From contig CAWCKS010000005.1 in assembly GCA_963796195.1 (NCBI GenBank), positions 99,191 to 163,190 of the forward strand: a stretch of 64,000 nucleotides of DNA, read 5' to 3'. Below, piece after piece: positions 31,404 to 42,704 of this stretch (within the stretch, counting starts at the first letter, position 1; each line of letters begins with the position of its first letter). The DNA comes from an uncultured Alphaproteobacteria bacterium. Its GTDB lineage: Bacteria; Pseudomonadota; Alphaproteobacteria; Rhizobiales; Xanthobacteraceae. The position numbers were made by a program, and so were the translations under genes. The notes beneath the pieces are model-generated. The model was not told the origin of the DNA. It saw nothing but the letters and a program-made list of their open reading frames with translations, and ran no database searches.

Positions 31404-32597
31404 ATGACCTGGCAGGTACTGATGCGAACGGTGACCGTGAAGGACGACGAGCGCATGCTGGTGACGCGCAACGGTCGGCTTGTGCGCGTGCTCGAGCCGG
31501 GGCTGCATCGCTTCATCGATCCGCTGCGCAAGCTGACCTTCGAGACCTTCAAGGTCATCCGCGGCGAGCTGCCGCTCGAGCGCTACCTCGTGCTCAAGCA
31601 GGCGCTGCCGGACGAGGCCGCGCGCCTGGTCGAGCCGGTTGAGACCGGCGCCGACGAGGTCGCGATCGTCAGCCTCGACGGCCGCCCCGTGCATGTGCTC
31701 TCGCCCTGGCAGGCGCGCGTGTACTGGAAGGTGGCGACGCGGGTCGATGTCGAGCGCATCGACGTCGCGCGCAACCCGAAGGTGACGCCGCGGCATCTGG
31801 CGATGCTGGACCGGGCGCGCACCACCTACGATCCGTCGGTGAGCATCGCCACGCGTGTCGCGCCGCAGCTCGTGGCCGAGACCGTGGTCGAGAACCACGA
31901 GGCCGGCCTGCTCCATGTCGAGGGCAAGCTGGTCGAGCGACTGGCGCCGGGTCGGCACGCCTACTGGACCGTCGGCCGCAAGGTCGAGGTCAAGCGGCTC
32001 GACCTGCGTCCGCAGGCGGTCGAGATCACCGCGCAGGAGATGCTGACCAAGGATCGCATCGCGCTGCGGGTGACGCTGACCGCGCTGCGCCGGATCGTCG
32101 ATCCGGAGCGGGCGGTGACGGCGCTCGCCGACGTGGATGGCTGGCTGTACCGGCTGGTGCAGTTCGCGATCCGTGAGGCGGTGGCGTCGCGCACGCTCGA
32201 CGAGGTGCTGTCGGCGAAGGGCGCGCTCGATGCCGAGCTGCGGAGTTACGTGCGCGAGCGCGTCGCCGACAGCGGCATCGAGGTGGCGGAGCTCGGCGTG
32301 AAGGACGTGATCCTGCCCGGCGAGATCCGCGAGCTCGTCAACAAGGTGGTGGAGGCGGAGCGGACGGCGAAGGCCAACCTGATCCGCCGCCAGGAGGAGA
32401 CCGCGGCGACGCGGTCGCTGCTCAACACCGCGAAGCTGATGGAGGACAACCCCCTCCTGCTTCGGCTGAAGGAGCTCGAGTCGCTGGAGCGGCTGGTGGA
32501 GAAGGTCGGCCGCATCGACCTGCACGCCGGCAACGAGCAGGGCCTCGACGCGCTGCTCACGCGTCTCGTGCGGCTGAAGGCCGGCGAGAGTGCCTGA
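31404..32597 (+). CDS. SPFH/band-7 domain protein (slipin-like, internally duplicated SPFH lobes)
   Basis: 397 aa. Coiled-coil C-terminus with ...AERTAKANLIRRQEETAATR.... Bidirectional terminator follows. Confidence 0.65.
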   Translation: MTWQVLMRTVTVKDDERMLVTRNGRLVRVLEPGLHRFIDPLRKLTFETFKVIRGELPLERYLVLKQALPDEAARLVEPVETGADEVAIVSLDGRPVHVLSPWQARVYWKVATRVDVERIDVARNPKVTPRHLAMLDRARTTYDPSVSIATRVAPQLVAETVVENHEAGLLHVEGKLVERLAPGRHAYWTVGRKVEVKRLDLRPQAVEITAQEMLTKDRIALRVTLTALRRIVDPERAVTALADVDGWLYRLVQFAIREAVASRTLDEVLSAKGALDAELRSYVRERVADSGIEVAELGVKDVILPGEIRELVNKVVEAERTAKANLIRRQEETAATRSLLNTAKLMEDNPLLLRLKELESLERLVEKVGRIDLHAGNEQGLDALLTRLVRLKAGESA

Positions 32598-32604
32598 CAA
32601 AAAA

Positions 32605-32636
32605 GAAGGGCCGCGTTCGCGCGGCCCTTCGACTTT
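32605..32636. terminator. Bidirectional rho-independent terminator
   Basis: gaagggccgcg-ttc-gcgcggcccttc, an 11-bp stem flanked by A-run and T-run. Confidence 0.65.
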
Positions 32637-32654
32637 CCGGAGGTCCGGGTTTTC

Positions 32655-32827
32655 AGCCGCCGGTTTACTTCAGCGAGCTGTTGATCGAGTTCGAACTTGT
32701 TGCTCAGCGTTGTGCCGAGCGTATTGACCGCAGTGATGATCGCAAGCGCAATGCCTGCAGCAATCAACGCGTACTCAATTGCAGTCGCGCCGGATTCGTT
32801 GGAAAGAAACCGCTTAATCAGTTGCAT
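32655..32827 (-). pseudogene. flp: Flp family type IVb pilin (orphan), 1-nt frameshift near the 3' end
   Basis: MQLIKRFLSNESGATAIEYALIAAGIALAIITAVNTLGTTLSNKF is a canonical Flp motif. The expected ...NSINSSLK-stop is in the -1 frame (extra g in ttcgaac). Confidence 0.7.
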
Positions 32828-32976
32828 GTCATGCCCCTTTCGGTACGGCCAGTCAGCTGGCTGTCGCAAATAAGCAGATGCGACTTACCTGATCGTGTTC
32901 CAGTAGGAGCGATATTTGTTAAAATTTTGCCAATCCGCCGCGCTGCGTGGTTAGCGCACGTCTTTGATTCCGCACG

Positions 32977-33944
32977 TCAATTTCGCACGAAATAAAGCGG
33001 CGTGCGCAGCGTGAGCAGGAAGGCGGGCTTCGGCGTCCAGTCGATTTCGGCGGTCATGCCAAACAAACGGTTATCGCTGTCGTCGAGACGATCGAGGTCG
33101 AAGCGCAGGATCGGTCCGCTGAAGGGTTTGACCTGGGCGAGGCCGGCGATATTGGCGCCGCCGAAGGACTGAAAGCCGGCGCGTCCGGTGAGCTTCCAGT
33201 TGTCTGGCCATTGATAGTAGGCGCCGAGGTAGCCGATCACGGCCGGGTTCACTTTCGCAATGTCGGTGTCCACCGACACGGTGGTCACCTGCACACCGCC
33301 GAGCAGTCCCCTCGTTTCATCTTCGTCAGCGCATAGTCGGCCTCGACAACCGTCGTGTTCGAGGTCGTCGCTGTCGGACTTTGCGGAACGACGCGCGTGA
33401 AGGTCGACTGCACTGTGATGGTCGGAAAGTATCCGCCGTTCTGCTGGTAGATGTCGGCCTGCACGCCGACGTTCCAGCTCGCCACCGTGAACGGCGTCCA
33501 CGGTGACATGCCGGTCTGCGAGGTGCTTGCGGTGAAGCCGCCATAGAGCGACACGGCGTCGCTGATGTCGACGGTCAGCGGGACTTCCAGCGCTGCGCCC
33601 TGGCTCGACGGCAGCGAGGCATTCACCTGCGACAGGATCGCCAGCGGCGTAAAGCTCGTGAAGCCGAGCGAGAGCGTACCCGTGGGAAGCTTTGCGTAGT
33701 TGGTCCGGAGGTCGAGATAGATGTTCGGCAGGCTCGACGCTGGTTTCTTTGCGGAAATCATCGTCGTCGTCGCCGCCGAATGCGAGGTTCGGCAGCGAGC
33801 TGCAGAGCCAACGAGAGCACGACAGCGCCGGTCGAACGCGACAAGCAGGATACCAGGTCCGGACAGCCAGGGTCTGTCTTTTCTATAGCAGAAGCGACGG
33901 CGGCTAAATGCCAAAACAAAGAAACCCGACACGACGAGGGCCAA
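32977..33944 (-). pseudogene. Outer-membrane beta-barrel transporter-family protein (MetA-pathway/phenol-degradation-like OMP), frameshifted
   Basis: Two overlapping ORFs (33285..33944 and 32977..33501) with alternating beta-strand pattern ending in an aromatic-rich C-terminus. N-terminal region is also disturbed. Confidence 0.45.
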
Positions 33945-34085
33945 GCTGATCCGCCGCCATGAGGAGACCGCGGCGATGCATTAGCTGCTCAACTGCGAAG
34001 CTGGTGGAGGGCGACACCGCCTGCTTCGGCCGAAGGAGCCCCAGTCGCTCGAGAGGCTCGTGGAAAAAGTCGGCCGGCTCGAGGG
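33941..34085. repeat. Degenerate ~145-bp direct-repeat copy of the SPFH gene 3' end (matches 32372..32520 at ~80% identity); ghost of a second SPFH copy
   Basis: Aligns position by position with the SPFH codons for ...ANLIRRQEETAATRSLLNTAKLMEDNPLLLRLKELESLERLVEKVGRID. Carries an internal stop. Confidence 0.7.
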
Positions 34086-34159
34086 AATTGCGAAACGTAT
34101 CGCTCGATGGGATTGATCTACGTTCTTCGAAGGCCTGATGTCGCTACTTGTGCAAAACA

Positions 34160-34192
34160 AAAACCCCGGCATCGCTGCCGGGGTTTCCGCAT
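34160..34192 (-). terminator. Rho-independent terminator of groESL
   Basis: On the minus strand: ggaaaccccggcagcgatgccggggtttttgtttt. Confidence 0.6.
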
Positions 34193-34217
34193 TCTTGAGT
34201 TCGCGTCGAGCGCTGGA

Positions 34218-35860
<1,643 letters not shown>

Positions 35861-35893
35861 ATTGGATTTCCTTGAGATCTGGGTTAGTCTCGA

Positions 35894-35934
35894 CCTCATC
35901 CTGAGGAGCGGGAAGCCGCGTCTCGAAGGATGAG
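35894..35934. repeat. Second copy of the palindromic repeat element (see 27339..27380)
   Basis: cctcatcctgaggagcgggaagccgcgtctcgaaggatgag. Confidence 0.55.
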
Positions 35935-36024
35935 CCTGGTTCGTGCCCTCATCCTTCGAGCGCCCGGTCGCAATCGTTTACGCAGTGCGTGACTAGCGAT
36001 GCGGCTCTTGCAGGAAAGGCGGGG

Positions 36025-36339
36025 TTAAGCGGCCTTCTTCTTGGCGGCGGTCTCTTCGAGCACGCCCATGATGTCGCTTTCCTTCATGATCAGGAGATCC
36101 TGACCGTCGATTTTCACCTCGGTGCCCGACCATTTGCCGAACAGCACGCGCTCACCGACCTTGATATCGATGGGGATCAGCTTGCCGGACTCGTCACGCC
36201 CACCCTTGCCGACCGCGATGACTTCGCCCTGGGAGGGCTTTTCCTTCACGGTGTCGGGGATGATGATGCCGCCAGCAGACTTTTCCTCTGCGTCGAGGCG
36301 CTTGACGACAACGCGATCGTGAAGCGGACGAAATTTCAT
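36025..36339 (-). CDS. groES: Co-chaperonin GroES
   Basis: 104 aa. [30 protein letters not shown].... Confidence 0.9.
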   Translation of the reverse strand: MKFRPLHDRVVVKRLDAEEKSAGGIIIPDTVKEKPSQGEVIAVGKGGRDESGKLIPIDIKVGERVLFGKWSGTEVKIDGQDLLIMKESDIMGVLEETAAKKKAA

Positions 36340-36384
36340 CGCTGTTTCTCCTAAATAGCTATGGACGTTGGATTTTTTGAATTG

Positions 36385-36411
36385 TTAGCAGTCGGATCCG
36401 GCGAGTGCCAT
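36385..36411. promoter_or_regulatory. CIRCE-like HrcA operator in the groES 5' leader
   Basis: On the minus strand tgGCACTC-N9-GAcTGCTAA versus consensus TTAGCACTC-N9-GAGTGCTAA (15/18), about 46 nt upstream of the groES ATG. Confidence 0.5.
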
Positions 36412-36676
36412 CACGACCTGTTCACGATTTAGAGTGCGCGTGCCGCAAGATCAAGGGCGGCTACAGAAAAAGCCAGCACTCGGGAAGGGACATTGCCAGA
36501 ATTCCTTAATCATTCTTAACGCCGCGAGCGCGCTGTTAGCAGAGGTCCGTGCATGCTGCCAATGCCTTGATAATCAACAACAATTTAAACTTTTGAGCTT
36601 GCAATGGATTGTCGTGGAACTGAACATTTCCGGGTTGGGCGCTTCGCGCGAATGCGGTGCCGGGCTGGAGGCTGGA

Positions 36677-36946
36677 ATGGTTTCGAAAGACTTTGCCAAG
36701 CAGGTTCAAGGGTATGGTTTGACGACGGCCGAGATCCTCTATCGGCTGCCGGATCATCGGAGTGTGCTGCAGAGTTACATCTGGCAGGACTACGATCTCT
36801 TCCCGAAATTCCCGGTGCTGCACGACTTCCTGGCGTTTTGGGAAGAGAAGCTGGAAGGCCCGCTGTTCTCAGTCACCGTTGCGCACTCGCGGCTGATCAA
36901 GCCGACGGACTTCCGCGCGATCAGCGGCGAATTTCGGTTGAACTGA
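36677..36946 (+). CDS. Usg-like family small protein
   Basis: 89 aa. LTTAEILYRLPDHRSVLQSYIWQDYDLFPKFP is typical of the Usg family (PF06233). RBS GGAGG upstream. Confidence 0.6.
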   Translation: MVSKDFAKQVQGYGLTTAEILYRLPDHRSVLQSYIWQDYDLFPKFPVLHDFLAFWEEKLEGPLFSVTVAHSRLIKPTDFRAISGEFRLN

Positions 36947-37013
36947 GCACTGGCGCCCGCAGCGCGCGGCGGTTGCTCACTGCGCGCTAAACCCCGATAA
37001 GACGCCCGGTGTT

Positions 37014-37997
37014 TTGTCGGGGGTCGAGCGCGTGGGTTATCGCGAGTCTCTTAGCCTTGTGTCGCCGGCCGAGTTGGGCAAGCGAACCTCAAATCTTTCC
37101 GAGATCATCGATCCCGCGCGCTACGAGGATCCGCTGTGGATCGCCTTTCATCGCGATCTCGAAAGCTATTCGACCGACAAGCACGTGTTTCGTCACGTCA
37201 GCGGCGAAGTCGTCCGCAAGGGTTACGAGTGGACCCAGTGTATCTACGGCCTCGCGCTGCTTGGTGCCCTGAAACCTGATGCCCGGGCGCTCGGCGTCGG
37301 TGCGGGCCACGAGCCGGTCATTTTCTGGCTCGCCGATCGTATCGCGCGCGTCACCGCGACCGACCTTTACGGCAACGACGACTGGCAGAACAGCCCGGGC
37401 GCCGAAGGCAGCGCCGAGGTGTTCGTTGCGCCCGAGCAATATTGTCCACGGCCGGTGCCGAAGCAAAAGATCACCTTTCAGACCGCCGATGGCACCAGGC
37501 TGCCGTTCGCCGACGACAGTTTCGACTTCTGCTGGTCGTTGTCGTCGATTGAGCACTTCGGCGGGCACGAGGCGTCCGCGGTGGCGATGCGCGAGATGGC
37601 GCGCGTGACAAAGCCCGGCGGAATCGTCTGCGTTGCGACCGAAGTGCTGCTGCGCAATCGGCCTGCGCATCCGGAATTCTTCACCCCGCGCGATTTTCTG
37701 AAATACATCCTGCGTGGCAGTGACGCGCTCGCAGTCGTCGACCCCATGAACTGGAGCAGGCCGCCGCAGCAATATCTCGACGACCCCATCATCGTTCCTG
37801 ACGAGATCGGTCGTCACCGCAGACACGTCGTGCTGCGACACGATCGGTTCGATTGGACCTCCGCGATCGCGTTCCTGCGCAAGGGTGATCGACGCGCGCC
37901 GGCATGGCTCGACTATGCGCGCGCTCTGTTGCCGCCCGCGACTTCGAACATCACCCCAACCACCGGCCTACTCGCTGGGTCGATTTCTCGTGCATAA
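37014..37997 (+). CDS. Class I SAM-dependent methyltransferase (Methyltransf_11-like); possibly continues by frameshift into ORF 37885..38352
   Basis: LGVGAGHEP motif I, PFADDSFDFCWS, VTKPGGIVCV. The downstream in-frame-shifted 155-aa ORF has no start context of its own. Confidence 0.6.
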   Translation: MSGVERVGYRESLSLVSPAELGKRTSNLSEIIDPARYEDPLWIAFHRDLESYSTDKHVFRHVSGEVVRKGYEWTQCIYGLALLGALKPDARALGVGAGHEPVIFWLADRIARVTATDLYGNDDWQNSPGAEGSAEVFVAPEQYCPRPVPKQKITFQTADGTRLPFADDSFDFCWSLSSIEHFGGHEASAVAMREMARVTKPGGIVCVATEVLLRNRPAHPEFFTPRDFLKYILRGSDALAVVDPMNWSRPPQQYLDDPIIVPDEIGRHRRHVVLRHDRFDWTSAIAFLRKGDRRAPAWLDYARALLPPATSNITPTTGLLAGSISRA

Positions 37998-38367
37998 CGG
38001 CACCAGCGCCGATCTCGTCGCTGCGACGGTGCGCGTCACGACGCCCGATCAACCATGGGCCTATGCGGTGGAGTTCCCGCTGCAGGACGGGAGTGTGCCT
38101 GCGGGCGCCGGTCTGGAAATCGAGACTACCGTTCGCGCGCAACGGCAGCCCGTTCGTTTTGGCGTGTTGAACACCGGCGGCGATGCATTCATTCGCGAGA
38201 TTGAAGTTGCTCCCAACGCACGCGCCGAGCAAGTCAAGATCGTTGTTCCCGGGGATGCCCCAATCGGGTCGCTGGTGATCCGTTCGGCCGCAGCGGGCAG
38301 CAGCACGGTGGAATTTGAAATTCGATCGGTTAAGGTGCTGGCTCCATCCTAGCGAACAGGAGCTCGC

Positions 38368-38900
38368 CATGGCCAAAGCCCGCACAGCAGCGAAATCCAG
38401 GTCCGGAGCACGACGCAAAGCCGCAACTGTGAAAGCTTCTCGCAGCCCCGCAGGCCGCGGCAAAACCGCAAAGCCCGCGCGGTCGGCCGCCCGCGCGGCG
38501 CCGCGCAAGGCGAAGCGGCAGAAAGCCGCAGCGCGTCGCGATCAGCCACCATCGCGAGGAGGATTTTGCATCGGGCCTGCGCTCTTATGCGAAATACCGC
38601 GATCTCGGCATCGCCGATGCGACCGACGGCATGGTCCGTGCGCACGTCATCCGCTTCGTCGAGCCGTGCGATCCGGCTGTCGTCTCGATCCTGCATTTCC
38701 ACGACACCGAGTTCCAGATGGTCTACGTGCTGAAGGGCTGGGTGAAGACCGAGCTCGAGGGGCAGGGTGAGGTCTTGATGCGGGAGGGCTCATCGTGGAC
38801 CCAGCCGCCGATGATCCGCCATGTCATCAACGATTATTCCGACGACTGCGAACTGCTCGAGGTGATCCTGCCGGCGGAGTTCGAGACCGTCGAGGTGTGA
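38368..38900 (+). pseudogene. Histone-H1-like Lys/Ala/Arg-rich tail fused (via apparent frameshift near 38525) to a cupin domain
   Basis: MAKARTAAKSRSGARRKAATVKAS...PRKAKRQK then, in frame 0, ...EEDFASGLRSYAKYRDLGIADATDGMVRAHVIRFVEP...cupin (38631..38900). The cupin frame has no start codon upstream. Confidence 0.4.
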
Positions 38901-39076
38901 GGCGAGGGCTTCCGTAAACTTGCGGTAGGACGGGTTGAGCACTTCGCGAAACCCATCGCCCTTTGCTCCGCGGTTGATGGGTTTTCGCTGCCGCTCAACC
39001 CATCCTACGCGCTGGATTGCATCGGCGCTAATGGGCGTCGCAATAACGACGCAGTAACAACGTAAGGACCAACGAA

Positions 39077-40065
39077 ATGCCCCCACTTCCCCATCGCGCG
39101 CTCGGCAAGCAGGGCCTCAAAGTCTCGGCCATCGGGCTCGGCTGCATGTCGCTGTCCGGCGTCTATGGCGAGGCCAATGACGCCGAGTCCGAGAAACTGA
39201 TCCAGCAGGCGATCGAGCTTGGCGTCGATCACTTCGACTCCTCCGACATGTACGGCTGGGGCCACAACGAGACCGTGCTCGGGCGTGCGCTTAAGGGCCG
39301 CCGCGATCGCGTCGTGCTGGCGACGAAGTTTGGTCAGGTCCGCCGCGAAGGGCAGGGCAACGGCGTCGACGGCAGCCCGAAACACGTGATGCAGGCGTGC
39401 GAGGACAGCCTGAAGCGGCTCGGCACAGAGGTGATCGACCTCTACTACCAGCACCGCGTCGATCCGAGCGTGCCGATCGAGGACACCGTCGGTGCGATGG
39501 CGAAGCTCGTGCAGCAGGGCAAGGTGAAATACCTCGGCCTCTCCGAAGCGCGGCCCGACACCATCCGCCGCGCCCACAAGGTGCATCCGATCTCGGCGGT
39601 GCAGACCGAGTACTCGCTGCTCTATCGCACCGAGGCCGAAGAAACGCGCAAGACCACGCGGGAGCTCGGCATCGGCTACGTCGCCTATTCGCCGCTCGGC
39701 CGCGGCTTCCTTACCGGCGCGATCAAGCAGTTCTCCGATGTTGACGGCCGGCGCGCCGCGCATCCGCGCTTCCAGGAGGCGAATTTCGCGCACAACCGGG
39801 CGCTGGTCGCCAAGGTCGAGAGCCATCGCGGCAGGAGAAGCGCTGCACGCCGGCTCAGGTCACGCTGGCGTGGCTGCTGGCGCAGGGCGACGACGTCGTC
39901 GCCATTCCCGGCACGCGCTACATCAAGCGGGTGCAGGAAAATCTTGGCGCGCTCGAGGTGAAGCTGACGTCCGATGATGTCGCTGCGATCACGAGGGCTG
40001 TGCCTGCGGGCTCGGCTTCGGGCGAGCGCTATCCCGCGGCGGCGATGAAGGCGGTGTATTTGTAG
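39077..40065 (+). pseudogene. Aldo/keto reductase (AKR11/Tas-like), frameshift near 39830
   Basis: LGKQGLKVSAIGLGCMSLSG...DSSDMYG...YYQHRVDP. C-terminal ...CTPAQVTLAWLLAQGDDVVAIPGTR... lies in another frame. Confidence 0.75.
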
Positions 40066-40195
40066 GAGCCGTCGATTGCGAGACGATCGAATGCGCGGCC
40101 TTGTGCCGGGCATCCATACGCCCTGTCGCGCGTGTATCAGAAATGACGTGGCTGGCGCTCGGGACAAGCCCCGGCAATGACAGAGAAAGGTGTCC

Positions 40196-40804
40196 CTACA
40201 TCCCCGTCCTTACGCCAAGCCCGATCATGAACCGCTCGCGGATTTGCACGGGGTCGCGGTGGGTAGTGGCGCGGGCGGCTTCGGAATCGATCCGCGCCGC
40301 GATCAGGTTTGGCTTGCCGCTGGCCATCGCCGCCTCGATCAGGCCCTCGAAATCCGCCTCATCGGCGGCCCACGCGCTGCCGGCAAGGCCCGCGCCGCGC
40401 GCGATCGCGACGATATCGCTGCCGGATTGCGCCGGTGTCTTCTGGCCGCCGGTGATCTGGTAGATGCCGTTGTCGAACGCGATCAGCGTCAGGTTCTTCG
40501 GTGCGAGCATCGCGATCGTAGTGAGGCAGCCGAGCTGCATCAACAGCGAACCGTCGCCTTCGAGCGCGATCACTTTGCGTTGCGGCTGCGCCAGCGCCAC
40601 CCCGAGCGCGATCGGGCATGCCAGCCCCATGCTGCCGAGCATGTAGAAATTCGCCGGCCGGCGCCCCGCGGCCCACAGGTCAAAGTTGGTGTTGCCGATG
40701 CCAGCAACGACGGCGGTCTGCGCGTCGAGCCGCTTGACCAGCCGCGAGGTCAGCTCGAAGCGGTTCATGGTCTTGGTATTTGCGACCGTGGTTCTGTCCT
40801 GCAT
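40196..40804 (-). CDS. TPP-dependent decarboxylase beta subunit (sulfopyruvate/phosphonopyruvate decarboxylase ComE-like)
   Basis: TPP_enzyme_C: GSMGLACPIALGVALAQP...ALEGDGSLLMQLG...FDNGIYQITGGQ. Confidence 0.65.
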   Translation of the reverse strand: MQDRTTVANTKTMNRFELTSRLVKRLDAQTAVVAGIGNTNFDLWAAGRRPANFYMLGSMGLACPIALGVALAQPQRKVIALEGDGSLLMQLGCLTTIAMLAPKNLTLIAFDNGIYQITGGQKTPAQSGSDIVAIARGAGLAGSAWAADEADFEGLIEAAMASGKPNLIAARIDSEAARATTHRDPVQIRERFMIGLGVRTGM

Positions 40805-40815
40805 GGTCGTCTCCC

Positions 40816-41340
40816 TCAGGCAGCAAACACTTTGCCGCCGGTCAAGAGCGGCGACAGGATGAAGGTGACAGCGGCTTGCGTCGCCACCGCCTGCTTGATC
40901 GAGCGGTCGACGATGAACTCCAGCGCCTCGATGTCGGTGATGGTATGGTGCTCCATGGCAAGCGAATCCAGCACCGGGCGCATGGTCCGGCACACCAGCG
41001 CCTGGCCGAAGTTGAATTCGCCGAGCGTGCCGCGCTCCGAGACGAACATGATCAGCGGAATTTGATAGGGCACCGCGAGCGAGGCCAGCGCGTTGGCAAG
41101 CGTGGCAAAACCCGAGGTTTGCATCAGCACCGCGCCGCGCACGCCGCCCATCCAGCCGCCCGAGACGATGCCGACGGCTTCTTCCTCGCGGGTGGTCGGG
41201 AAGGTCGTGAAATACGGATCCGCGTGCAGCTTGGTGATCAGACTGCCCAGGACCTTGTCCGGCACATAGGGCAGGAGGCGGACCTCGTTCTGCTTCAGCG
41301 TGTCGAGGACCACCTGGTCCCAGCGGTGCTTCTCAGGCAT
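40816..41340 (-). CDS. TPP-dependent decarboxylase alpha subunit (ComD-like)
   Basis: TPP_enzyme_N: TREEEAVGIVSGGWMGG...AVLMQTSGFATLANAL. Confidence 0.65.
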   Translation of the reverse strand: MPEKHRWDQVVLDTLKQNEVRLLPYVPDKVLGSLITKLHADPYFTTFPTTREEEAVGIVSGGWMGGVRGAVLMQTSGFATLANALASLAVPYQIPLIMFVSERGTLGEFNFGQALVCRTMRPVLDSLAMEHHTITDIEALEFIVDRSIKQAVATQAAVTFILSPLLTGGKVFAA

Positions 41341-41495
41341 TTGCAAACTCCATGCGCCAATCGCGGGCGTCGGGCAGCTTGATATCATCGCCGCGATTGT
41401 CAACAATCACCGTACCGCAAGTCGGGCCTGCTCGACTTGCGCATTGATGATGCGAAACCCGGGCAAGCCCGGGTTTCGTGGGAGAGTTTCGAACG

Positions 41496-42533
41496 ATGAA
41501 ATCAGCCGTCAAGAACGTGTTCTACGTCAAATACCTGCCCGATGACCTCTACATCGACGTGCTGAAGAGCCACGGCGACATCAACCTGACCAAACTCGAG
41601 AACGATGCGCCGGCGGCGATCGCCGATCCCGTGCTGAAAGCCGCGCACGCCTACCAGTGCGGCGCCTCGCGTCAGGAGCTCGCGCAACACTTTCACGTCA
41701 CCGACGCGCTCATCGCGCGCTGTCCCAACCTGCTTGTTGTTTCCAGTCACGGCGCTGGTTACGACACTGTCGACGTCGACGCCTGCAGTAAGGCCGGTAT
41801 CCTCGTGCTCAATCAATCCGGTGGCAACGCCCAGTCGGTTGCCGAGCATGCGCTCGGCATGATGCTGTCGCTGTCGAAGAAGATCGTGCAGGTCGACAAG
41901 GCGTTGCGGCGCGGGGGCTTGAGCGATCGAACTGCGTTCAAGGGCATCGAGGTCTATGGCAAGACGGTCGGGATCATCGGGCTCGGCAACGTCGGCCGCA
42001 GGCTGGCTGCGATGTGCAAGGCCGCGCTCAACATGCGGGTGCTGGCCTATGACCCGTATCTCGACGCAGCGACGATTTCAGCGCGCGGCGGGGAGAAGGT
42101 CAGCCTCGAGCAGCTGCTGGCGCAATCGGATTTCGTCTCGATCAATTGTCCGCTGGCCAAGGACAGCCGGAAGCTGTTCGGCGCGGCGCAGTTTGCGGCG
42201 ATGCAGCCGCACGCCATCTTCATCACCACTGCGCGCGGCTTCATTCACGATGAAACCGCCCTCGCCACCGCGTTGCGCGAGAAGACGATCGCCGGCGCCG
42301 GCCTCGACGTCTGGGAAGATGAGCCGCCGCCCGCAAACCATCCGCTGTTGCAGTTCGACAATGTGATGGTCTCGCCGCACACCGCCGGTGTCACCAACGA
42401 CGCACGGCGCAACATGGCCAAGATCGCGGCCGAGCAGCTGCGCAACACGCTCGCCGGCGAGCGACCGGAGCGGCTCGTCAACCCGGAGGCCTGGCCGCGC
42501 TACAAGGAGCGGTTCGCGAAGGCGTTGGGATAG
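41496..42533 (+). CDS. D-isomer-specific 2-hydroxyacid dehydrogenase
   Basis: GIIGLGNVGRRLA NAD-binding, catalytic HTAG. Divergent from the decarboxylase genes. Confidence 0.8.
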   Translation: MKSAVKNVFYVKYLPDDLYIDVLKSHGDINLTKLENDAPAAIADPVLKAAHAYQCGASRQELAQHFHVTDALIARCPNLLVVSSHGAGYDTVDVDACSKAGILVLNQSGGNAQSVAEHALGMMLSLSKKIVQVDKALRRGGLSDRTAFKGIEVYGKTVGIIGLGNVGRRLAAMCKAALNMRVLAYDPYLDAATISARGGEKVSLEQLLAQSDFVSINCPLAKDSRKLFGAAQFAAMQPHAIFITTARGFIHDETALATALREKTIAGAGLDVWEDEPPPANHPLLQFDNVMVSPHTAGVTNDARRNMAKIAAEQLRNTLAGERPERLVNPEAWPRYKERFAKALG

Positions 42534-42550
42534 GGCGTCGACGACAGCGT

Positions 42551-42683
42551 CGTCCCCGCGAACGCGGGGACCCATAACCCCCGCGCTTGCTGTGTTACGT
42601 CTGCCTGAGTTCAGTCGAACCGACCAGCCATGCTCGTCGTCTCATTTCTGCTGCGGCGTATGGGTCCCCGCGTTCGCGGGAAC
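42551..42683. repeat. Pair of inverted REP hairpins (gtccccgcgaacgcggggaccc / gggtccccgcgttcgcgggaac) flanking ~90 bp; BIME-like element
   Basis: Same family as the hairpins at 1..23 and 340..362. Intergenic between 2-HADH and SDR. Confidence 0.65.
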
Positions 42684-42704
42684 GACCACGCGCCTCCGGC
42701 GCCA

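Noticed and set aside
32246-32869. 207-aa ORF on the minus strand spanning the SPFH gene 3' end
   Set aside because: Only its first ~60 codons (the Flp pilin) are real. The rest is read-through caused by the 1-nt indel that removed the Flp stop.
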